Below are positions 1 to 7,228 of a stretch of DNA of 36,235 nucleotides, piece after piece. The DNA is taken from assembly GCA_040005235.1 (NCBI GenBank), contig JBDTZG010000055.1, positions 1 to 36,235 on the forward strand, written 5' to 3'. Position 1 is the stretch's first letter, and every line of letters begins with the position of its first letter. The DNA is from Acidobacteriota bacterium. GTDB taxonomy: Bacteria; Acidobacteriota; Thermoanaerobaculia; Multivoradales; UBA5704. Position numbers and translations under genes: made by a program. The notes under the pieces are model-generated. The model saw only the letters and a list, made by a program, of their open reading frames with translations, ran no database searches and was not told the origin of the DNA.

Positions 1-69
1 GGCCCCAGGCCGTTTCGTGGACGGCGATCTGGTGTTGTCGATCGACATCGACCAACTGGAGCTTTCGAG
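1..69. repeat. Partial copy 1 of a structured direct repeat (copy 2 at ~6118-6211)
   Basis: 1-63 matches 6143-6205 at 62/63 nt (C56 vs T6198). After one further mismatch, TCGAG also matches (67/69). Confidence 0.95.
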
Positions 70-247
70 CGCCGATCGGCAGGGTGAGCAGAAGATTGCC
101 GTTGAACGCGTTGACCGAATCGACCTCGCCGACCGCGAAGATCTTGTCGGGCGCAAAGCCCTTGGCGACGTTCGGGTGCTCTTGGGCGCTCGCGGCGGCG
201 GAAGAAGCCGCGAGCAAGGCTGAGAGAAGGAGCCCGCGAAATTTCAT
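1..247 (-). pseudogene. Inverted 5' portion (start codon + Sec signal peptide + first motif) of an Rhs/YD-repeat protein; frame runs off the window edge
   Basis: Manual translation from ATG at 247, preceded by GGGGGT: MKFRGLLLSALLAASSAAASA-QEHPNVAKGFAPDKIFAVGEVDSVNAFNGNLLLTLPIGAR. This is a classic signal peptide (ASA site) followed by a DxVNxFNGNLxLxxP motif typical of Rhs N-termini. Below ~64 it runs into the repeat shared with 6143-6205. Absent from the ORF track because it has no stop in the window. Confidence 0.8.
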
Positions 248-3200
248 CGCTGCACCCCCGCCCCGATCGCCGCGATTCCGGGTTGGGGTGGTGGCGAGTG
301 GACCACCAGGCACCACGCAGGCAAGGATCAACCGCAGGTCAAATGTGGGCGCGGGATGGCGGCTCTCCCTCGGCCAGCTCTATTCGCCCGACGTCAAGAC
401 GGACCTTCCTTTCAACGACACGAGATATTGGGTCTACGTCGGTCCGGATGCCTCAGAACACAAGTTCTTCCCGACCCTGCACGATGGCGATCCGGAGGAT
501 CCGGGCGACACGCTTAGTACTCAGAAGATCCTGTACAGCCGGGACGGCTCGTACCTGCGCCTGACGATCAATCTGGACGGCACGCACACCCTGGAGTTTC
601 CCGACGGCCAGATTCACACCTTCAATTCGAGCCGGCAACTGATCACGATCCGGGATCGTTTCGCGCCCGGGGGGATTCCCTCGAACTTCCTGGCCGTCGC
701 TTATACCCCGACGACCTGGACGCTCTCCGACTCTCGGGGGCGTACGCAGACACTCACGTTTTCGGAGCTGACCCAAGACACCCTGAAGATTCAGCGGCTC
801 GAGAAGGTGGAGATGACGGCGTTTCCGATCCCGGGCCAACCGCAGCCGCCGACCGCGACATGGACGTTTCAATACTCCATGGCGGTGATCCCCCGCGCCT
901 GCCCGGACTGCAACGACCTGCAATCGGACGACCCGCTGACGCCCCCAACTCTCACGGTCTACTTCCTGACCGGCATCACGCAGCCGGACGGCGGAGTTTG
1001 GTCGATGCCGTTGTCGGACTACGTGACGGTCAATCCTTCCGGCTTCAATGATCTGGTGGGGCGGATCAAAGGGCTGACGTTGCCGACCCTCGGCCGCCTG
1101 GAGTGGGACTACGGGTACTACAGATTCCCCAGCTCCTCGACCGAACGTCGCCCCTGGGCGCAGTCTTCGCGCGGCGTCGTGGTCCGGCGCAAGAAGACCG
1201 CTTCGGGCAACGTCGAAGGAGCCTGGACCTACTCACCCCATTTGATGAACGAAGGCACCCCTTCGGAATCGCTCTCGCAGGAGCTTGTGGTCACCGTGAC
1301 GACACCGCTGGGCGACAAGACGGAGAACTACTTTTCGGTCTTCGTTTCCGGGGGCATACCGGGTGTCTTCCCGAGCATTCTCGATTACGGCCGGCCGTTC
1401 ACGCCCAAAACACCCGACGGCCAGGGGAGATTTCTCTCGTCCCGGGTGTTTGACTGCCAACCCAACGGTACCGGCTGCGTGCCGGTCCGCTCCACCTGGG
1501 TACGGTACGAGCAGGATGCCTCGCCGGCCGTCGGCCTCGACGCCACCGGAGCAGGGGATTTGCTCGATCCTCGCGTCGCGCAGACCCGCACCGCGTTCGA
1601 GGACGACTGCCCGCCGGGATCTACCGGCTGCGACGTGATCACTCCCGTTCCACCGCCCACCTCCTTCTACTACTCGGACGAGGATTTCTCCAGCTTCGAC
1701 GGCCTGGGGCACTACCGGACGCGCAATCTACGCGGCAATTTTCCCGACATCACCTCGATCACCGAGACCACGAGCTACAACATGGCGCGCGGCATCTACG
1801 GCACCGCGGGTTTTTCGATGCTGCCGTCGAGCGACCCATGGCTGCTCGGCTTGTACCAGGACGTCACCCGTTCCAACAACTCGGGGGAGAACTCGACGGT
1901 TGAGAGCTGCTTCAACCCCTCGACCGGATTTCTCCGGCGCAAGAGGGTGAGGAAATTCGGCCGCACGACCGACGACGTTCTGGTGGTGTACACACCGACC
2001 GGAGTCGGTACGGGGGACGGCACGGTAGCGCGCGAAGATTGGTCGGGAGGCGACGGTGGGCACATCCCCATCGCCGAACTCTGCGGTCTGACGCCGCCGG
2101 GAGCCACCTACTCGCTCCAACACACTTACCAGCAGCGCCTGCTGGCTAAGTCGGAATATCTGAAGTCTGACAATCCACTGACTCTGTTCGAATTCGCGGC
2201 GGTCGATCGGGCCATCGATCCGCGAACCGGCCTGGTTGCCTCGGAGAGTGACATCGCGCAGTTACCGGCGACCTACGAGTACGACACCCTCGGGCGCCTG
2301 ACCTGGGTGCAGCCGGCCCAGGGGCATGGTGCCTGGACGGAGTATTCGTACGCCCGGGCGACCAGCCCAAGCTCACTCGCCAAGGTGACGATCAACCAGC
2401 ATGCCAATGGGGCGAAGGGCAACACGGTTCTCACCACCAGCAGCCTTTTCTTCGACTCGTTCGGACGCCTGATCAAAGAGCAGCGAAAGATGCCGGGAGC
2501 CGGCAATTTTTCGAACCGCGAGACCACCTACGACGCGATCGGCAATCGAGCCACCGTCTCGGAGTGGGAAGCGGGCGTCCCCTCGAACCGAACGCAATAC
2601 CTCGACTACGACCCGTTCGGCCGGCCGCGGACGATTCAACCGTCGGACGGAGCGGTGCATGCGGTGACGGTCACCCGCCGGGGCGTACGAGTGGTCACGA
2701 AACGATCGAAAGCGTGGGGCCCCTGCGGCACCGGCGGCGCCCTGCAGGAATGCTCGAGCGAGACCGTGGAATCCTACGACCAGATCGGGCGGCTGTTCCG
2801 GATCGACCAGCCGGTCGCCTGGCCCACCACCACGAATCCCGACCCGGCGCCGCTGCGGACCAGCTACGCCTACGACATCGGCGATCGCCTGAAAACAGTG
2901 AAGCAGTTTGACGCGGCGACCCAGGCGATCATTCAGCAGCGCGATTTCTCGTACGACAACCGGGGCTTCCTCACCTCGGAGAAGCACCCGGAGCTGGGTG
3001 GCGCGGGCAACGGCCTGGTGACCTATTCCGGCTACGACGCCCGGGGGCATGCCCACCAGAAGTTCGACGGAGTGTCGAACCTGACTTTCGAATACGACCG
3101 CGCCGAGCGGATGACCCGGGTGCGGGAGACCGGGACGTTCATCGGCTGCGGCACCACCACGCAGCCCCGCTGCTTGAAGGAGTACACTTTCGGCACGGCC

Positions 3201-5132
3201 AACTCCGGAAGCGACCTCCGACTAGGAAAAGTCCAAGTGGCGAAGCGCTACAATTATCCGAAGCTCGGCACGACCACCCACACGGTGGCGGTGGCGGAAA
3301 CCTACGTCTACGCCGGGAAAGACGGTCGCGCATCGAAGCGCGACACGCAGACCTTTTTCAACACCGCGCCCACCGAGGCGTTCACCCAGGGTTTCACCTA
3401 CGACGACTTGGGCAACACCGCGAGTCTCGCCTACCCGCAGTGCACCCACGCCGGCTGCGCTCCAGGAGCGGCCAATCCCAAAACCGTAGCGTTTGCCTAC
3501 ACCGAAGGCTTACTGACGGCCGTCCCGGGCTACGCCAGCTCGATCACCTACAACTCGAACCAGACGATCTCCCAAGTGGTACACGTCAACGGCATCACGG
3601 ACGTTATCGGCCTCGACCCGAACGCACAGCAACGGCCTGCCTCAATCCTCGCGAAAGTCACGACGACCTCGGCAAATCTCTGGAACGCGGGGACCTACCT
3701 CTACGACGGCGCCGGCAACGTCAAGTCGATCGGCGGCTCAGGCTTCGCCTACGACCCGGCGAGTCGCCTGACCACCGCCAACCTTTGGGACGGCACGGGC
3801 TCCACCGGCACGCCGCTCAAGACGCAAACTTACAGCTACGATCTGTTCGGCAATCTCCAAGCGATCGGTGGCCTCGGCGGGCGTAACACGCCGACCAGCT
3901 CGGCCACCAATCGGCTGAACGGCGCGGGCATGGCCTACGATGCCGCAGGCAACCAGACCGCCAACATTGGAGCGGTTCATGAGTACGACCCGTTCCACCT
4001 GATGTGGCACTTCCAGTCCGGGGCAGAAGACTGGCGCTACGTCTACACCGCGGAGGACGAGCGGATCTGGTCGTTCAAGACCGGAGGGACCTCCCGCTGG
4101 ACGCTCCGCGACCTCGGCAACAACGTGCTACGGGAATACACAAACAACGGTGGCGCCTGGAGCGTCACCGAAGATTTCATCCACCGCGGCGGCCAGCTAC
4201 TCGCGGCCGACACCACGGCCGGAGTGAGCCATTTCCACCTTGATCATCTGGGAACGCCGCGGTTGGTGACGAACCAGTCCGGCGTGAAGACGGCGTACCA
4301 CGTGTACTGGCCTTACGGCGAAGAGCTGACCTCGGCGACTCAGGACGCCGAGCGGATGAAGTTTACCGGGCATGAGCGGGATCTGAACGGATCGGCGGGG
4401 ACTGGAGATGACCTGGACTACATGCATGCGCGGTTTTGCTCGCCGGTTACAGGGCGGTTTTCGACCACAGATCCGTCACCAAGAAGTATCCGAATGAGTA
4501 TGCCTCAGAGCTGGAATCGATATAGCTACGTGATGGGGAATCCTTACAAGTATGTCGATCCGGGCGGGGACCAGTGGTTCAAGATCGAGGGGAAGTGGAC
4601 GTTTATCCCCGACACCAGCGTGATCGAGTCCGTAACGGCAAAGTCTAAGGGAAAGGAAGAGAGCAAATCTGAGGTTGTTCAGGGACGGGAGCAGTTGGTG
4701 GGTTTTGATGGCGGCCAACTAACCTTCTATCGTAAGGATGGTAGTCAGCAATCCTTCGACGCAGTCTCAGGACGAGGTGGTCGTACCAATCCCAAATTGC
4801 AGTCTGTTAGCGGCGTGGGCCCGATTCCTGAAGGTCGTTATTCCTTCAATACCGCAAATGTCCAAAGCTTCTCGGGCCTCAGCGCATTCCAGAAGGCGGC
4901 CGCCTACCTTAAACGTGGGACTTGGCCCGGCGGTACAATCGCCTGGGGCGATCAGCGAGTTGAACTGAACGCCGATTCTTCGACCAACACTTACGGGCGC
5001 GGCGGATTCTTCATCCATGGCGGCTTTACTCCAGGTTCTGCCGGATGTATTGATCTCTGTGACCGCGATCGGGACTTCTTCAGCGCAGTTGGGGGTTCCG
5101 GAGAGGTAACTGTGGAGGTGGACTACCCATGA
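84..5132 (+). CDS. Rhs/YD-repeat polymorphic toxin with C-terminal Tlde1/DUF2778 (L,D-transpeptidase-like) domain; 5' end disrupted, genuine Rhs sequence begins ~297
   Basis: Many YD repeats (YDTLGRL, YDAIGNR, YDQIGRL, YDNRGFL, YDAAGNQ). Rhs core DHLGTPRLVT...FTGHERD...DYMHAR...GRFSTTDP...NRYSYVMGNPYKYVDPGG, with the cleavage motif at ~4545-4568. C-terminal GPIPEGRY and RGGFFIHGGFTPGSAGCIDL. The first ~70 codons are only the antisense of the inverted N-terminus. Confidence 0.9.
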   Translation: MSRRLPLNALTESTSPTAKILSGAKPLATFGCSWALAAAEEAASKAERRSPRNFIAAPPPRSPRFRVGVVASGPPGTTQARINRRSNVGAGWRLSLGQLYSPDVKTDLPFNDTRYWVYVGPDASEHKFFPTLHDGDPEDPGDTLSTQKILYSRDGSYLRLTINLDGTHTLEFPDGQIHTFNSSRQLITIRDRFAPGGIPSNFLAVAYTPTTWTLSDSRGRTQTLTFSELTQDTLKIQRLEKVEMTAFPIPGQPQPPTATWTFQYSMAVIPRACPDCNDLQSDDPLTPPTLTVYFLTGITQPDGGVWSMPLSDYVTVNPSGFNDLVGRIKGLTLPTLGRLEWDYGYYRFPSSSTERRPWAQSSRGVVVRRKKTASGNVEGAWTYSPHLMNEGTPSESLSQELVVTVTTPLGDKTENYFSVFVSGGIPGVFPSILDYGRPFTPKTPDGQGRFLSSRVFDCQPNGTGCVPVRSTWVRYEQDASPAVGLDATGAGDLLDPRVAQTRTAFEDDCPPGSTGCDVITPVPPPTSFYYSDEDFSSFDGLGHYRTRNLRGNFPDITSITETTSYNMARGIYGTAGFSMLPSSDPWLLGLYQDVTRSNNSGENSTVESCFNPSTGFLRRKRVRKFGRTTDDVLVVYTPTGVGTGDGTVAREDWSGGDGGHIPIAELCGLTPPGATYSLQHTYQQRLLAKSEYLKSDNPLTLFEFAAVDRAIDPRTGLVASESDIAQLPATYEYDTLGRLTWVQPAQGHGAWTEYSYARATSPSSLAKVTINQHANGAKGNTVLTTSSLFFDSFGRLIKEQRKMPGAGNFSNRETTYDAIGNRATVSEWEAGVPSNRTQYLDYDPFGRPRTIQPSDGAVHAVTVTRRGVRVVTKRSKAWGPCGTGGALQECSSETVESYDQIGRLFRIDQPVAWPTTTNPDPAPLRTSYAYDIGDRLKTVKQFDAATQAIIQQRDFSYDNRGFLTSEKHPELGGAGNGLVTYSGYDARGHAHQKFDGVSNLTFEYDRAERMTRVRETGTFIGCGTTTQPRCLKEYTFGTANSGSDLRLGKVQVAKRYNYPKLGTTTHTVAVAETYVYAGKDGRASKRDTQTFFNTAPTEAFTQGFTYDDLGNTASLAYPQCTHAGCAPGAANPKTVAFAYTEGLLTAVPGYASSITYNSNQTISQVVHVNGITDVIGLDPNAQQRPASILAKVTTTSANLWNAGTYLYDGAGNVKSIGGSGFAYDPASRLTTANLWDGTGSTGTPLKTQTYSYDLFGNLQAIGGLGGRNTPTSSATNRLNGAGMAYDAAGNQTANIGAVHEYDPFHLMWHFQSGAEDWRYVYTAEDERIWSFKTGGTSRWTLRDLGNNVLREYTNNGGAWSVTEDFIHRGGQLLAADTTAGVSHFHLDHLGTPRLVTNQSGVKTAYHVYWPYGEELTSATQDAERMKFTGHERDLNGSAGTGDDLDYMHARFCSPVTGRFSTTDPSPRSIRMSMPQSWNRYSYVMGNPYKYVDPGGDQWFKIEGKWTFIPDTSVIESVTAKSKGKEESKSEVVQGREQLVGFDGGQLTFYRKDGSQQSFDAVSGRGGRTNPKLQSVSGVGPIPEGRYSFNTANVQSFSGLSAFQKAAAYLKRGTWPGGTIAWGDQRVELNADSSTNTYGRGGFFIHGGFTPGSAGCIDLCDRDRDFFSAVGGSGEVTVEVDYP

Positions 5133-5530
5133 AACCAGTCAGCAAAAGGCGGGTTCTCATTTCGGCTGGCGTCTTCGCTACAGGTGCCTTGGCCTACCTG
5201 TCGTTGTCAGGCGCCCCCTTGAAGGTTCACGTAGTCACGCTACTGGTGCAGGCGGTCTTTCTTTCCTCGGTTTCACTCGTCGCATGGGTACTCGAGGCTA
5301 GCCGTAAGAAACAGCTCCTCGCTTTCTTCCTGGTCGCGGCCTTCGTGGCGCCATTTGCGACATACGCGAGTTGCCTGGTCATTCGGAAGATCGAGTTTCA
5401 ACCGATCTACGTGCTGATGGATTTTCTCGGTCTTCTTATTGCAGCCACAGCTTTTCTGAGCGCCACATGGTTTGTCGACCGGTGCTATTTGCTTTGGAGT
5501 AGGCGGTTTGGCACGGAAGTCAGCTCATAG
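5129..5530 (+). CDS. Four-TM membrane protein, candidate immunity protein of the Rhs toxin
   Basis: ATGA overlap with the toxin stop. 133 aa with four hydrophobic segments and the same lower-GC composition as the toxin tip. Confidence 0.75.
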   Translation: MKPVSKRRVLISAGVFATGALAYLSLSGAPLKVHVVTLLVQAVFLSSVSLVAWVLEASRKKQLLAFFLVAAFVAPFATYASCLVIRKIEFQPIYVLMDFLGLLIAATAFLSATWFVDRCYLLWSRRFGTEVSS

Positions 5531-5544
5531 CGCCCATCTGGTCC

Positions 5545-5760
5545 GTGCATTTCGACCGCTCTCGGTCTGGGTTGGAGACACTTGCTTCTTCGCAAAGGAG
5601 CCGAGTGTCGATGGTTCGCCGCGCTCAGGACTTTCCAACGCATGAGACCGCTGAAGCAGCTCAGTTCGGCGACAAAGTATCGGCGGAGAAGTCTGACCTG
5701 ACACCGGAGCAAGCAGAATCGGTTCTCGACGAACTCTTGAAGCCGAGGCCTCGGCAATGA
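5545..5760 (+). pseudogene. Probable remnant 3' end of an orphan toxin tip
   Basis: Short open frame (…THETAEAAQFGDKV…LLKPRPRQ*) with no good start. Its stop overlaps the next ATG (ATGA), the same coupling as the toxin-immunity pair upstream. Confidence 0.4.
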
Positions 5761-5867
5761 CGCGTCTAGCCTTTCCTCTCTTAATATTCGCTATCGTCGC
5801 AGCGCAAAGCTGTGTTTCTCCTTACGCTGTGACAACCGATGGTCGGCCGGCTGCGCCATCGGTGCAA

Positions 5868-6117
5868 GAGCCCGGTGGACCTGACGCATCGATAGGTCGG
5901 TCCGACCTCGCCACTGCCCGTACAGCTCGCAGTAGCGGCTGTAGCGGTAGCCCCGAGGCTCCCGCTGCCGGTACTCCTCCCACAGCAGGCTCAGCGTCAC
6001 CCCTTTGCGTTTGAACTCGGTATGCACCTGTGCCCAGTCCACCCACGGCCGCTCCGACGCCGGCACTCCCTCTCTCGGCGGGTACAGTCGGCGCTCGAGC
6101 TCCTCGTCGCTCAGACA
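5868..6117 (-). mobile_element. istA: Internal fragment of an IS21-family transposase
   Basis: LSDEELERRLYPP…DWAQVHTEFKRKGVTLSLLWEEYR…GYRYSRYCELY…LSMRQVHRA is the conserved IstA N-terminal region. No start, DDE domain, istB or terminal IRs are present. Confidence 0.88.
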
Positions 6118-6211
6118 TGACCCCAGTTGGAAGGGCCCCGTCGGCCCCAGGCCGTTTCGTGGACGGCGATCTGGTGTTGTCGATCGACATCGACCAATTG
6201 GAGCTGTCGAG
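6118..6211. repeat. Copy 2 of structured repeat: terminal IR enclosing three hairpins
   Basis: CCAGTTGG (6123-6130) pairs with CCAAYTGG (6194-6201). Internal GGGCC-ccgtc-GGCCC, GCCGT-ttcgtgg-ACGGC and the palindrome TGTCGATCGACA. Confidence 0.8.
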
Positions 6212-6548
6212 TATCCTCCCCTAGCAAGGAATATCGGTCTTTCTGGCACGGTCGAGCTGGAGGTCAAAGTCTCAAACGGATTGGTGCTCGGGACTCGGCT
6301 GCTCTACAAGCTTGAACATCGATCCTATGACTCCAGCAAGCGTCCAACATTCGTTCTGGACCTTGCCGCTCATGTGACCGTTCGTGCGCCTTTGAATCGT
6401 TGGTGACGGCCTGGTTCCGGAGTGGGAAGTGGTCGAAGGCTCGGATCGCTCATGCGCTCGCCATTACCCTACATAACGCGGCCGGCGCGCGAGAGTTCCC
6501 TCGCCTTGCTTTGACTCCCCGCGGCCGGCGACAGGGACGCGTTGGACC

Positions 6549-7052
6549 TTACCCCTCCGTGGCGCGGCGCAGGAGGCGGCCGGCATCGCGCAGGGCGGTG
6601 CTGCCTGCGGCTTCGAGGACCAGCGCAAGGCTCGCGGGCGATCGGGTGAGATAGGCCGCCACATGGAGCGCCTCTTCGAGCGGCTGGTCGAAATGCCGGA
6701 GATACCCCTCAATTTCGCCGTTCGGGCCGCGGAGCGCGAAGCCGGCGGACGAGTCGTCGGGATCGAGGCGGAGGAGAGAGTCGCGGCCGGTCGCCGGCAG
6801 GACCGCCGCGGCGAGCAATGCGAGCTCGCGACGCTCGAACCGCGCGACCGGGTGGCCGCCTCGTTCCGCGCCGAGAGCGGCGTGGAAGACTCCCCAGCTT
6901 TCGATGCCTTGGTGGTTCAGCCCCTCGACGCGCCAAGGGCCGGACACCTCGGCTTCGGCGGAGCTTACCGGTTCGTCCAGTCGGTCCAGCTCGGAGAGGA
7001 AGGATTCGTCGAAGGCGTTTGCCGGTTGGACTTGGTGGATTTGGCGGCTCAT
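6549..7052 (-). CDS. Hypothetical protein, 167 aa
   Basis: ATG preceded by GGAG, host-like codon usage, globular composition, and a near-consensus promoter upstream. Confidence 0.8.
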   Translation of the reverse strand: MSRQIHQVQPANAFDESFLSELDRLDEPVSSAEAEVSGPWRVEGLNHQGIESWGVFHAALGAERGGHPVARFERRELALLAAAVLPATGRDSLLRLDPDDSSAGFALRGPNGEIEGYLRHFDQPLEEALHVAAYLTRSPASLALVLEAAGSTALRDAGRLLRRATEG

Positions 7053-7088
7053 ACGCGGTTCTCCGGGGGGGTTGGCTTGTCGTGGTTG

Positions 7089-7117
7089 AGACTAGGCGCT
7101 AATTGGGCGTAAGTCAA
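7089..7117 (-). promoter_or_regulatory. Sigma70-type promoter for the 167-aa gene
   Basis: TTGACT (7117-7112), 17-bp spacer, TAGTCT (7094-7089) on the minus strand. Confidence 0.7.
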
Positions 7118-7228
7118 GCGTTATTTCATCTGGAGAGATCCGCTCTCGCCGCCGCTTCCGCTTCCTGCAAAAATAGCTACTGCGCGCGGTGCGCACGCCG
7201 TAGGTCCCATGACTTCGAAGGAGTGTCG

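Larger units (their letters stand above)
5757..6406 (+). pseudogene. Interrupted exported/lipoprotein with TonB C-terminal-like domain
   Basis: 5' part MTRLAFPLLIFAIVAAQSC (signal peptide, Cys). 3' part from ~6202 AVEYPPLARNIGLSGTVELEVKVSNG matches the TonB_C YP-x-x-A-x3-G-x-x-G-x-V motif. The two parts are separated by a foreign insert at 5872-6204. Confidence 0.65.

Noticed and set aside
84-296. N-terminal ~70 aa of the 1682-aa ORF as real protein
   Set aside because: It is the antisense of the signal-peptide-coding segment, with no SD and no Rhs character.
6118-6205. Repeat as tRNA, hammerhead ribozyme or CRISPR repeat
   Set aside because: No T-loop GTTCRA, anticodon arm or CCA arrangement, no CTGANGA core, and only two copies 6.1 kb apart.
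6471-6547. Possible integron attC site (…TAAC…GTTGGAC hairpin)
   Set aside because: The left end ACATAAC is not RYYYAAC, the L boxes do not pair at the required spacing, and there is no integrase or second site.
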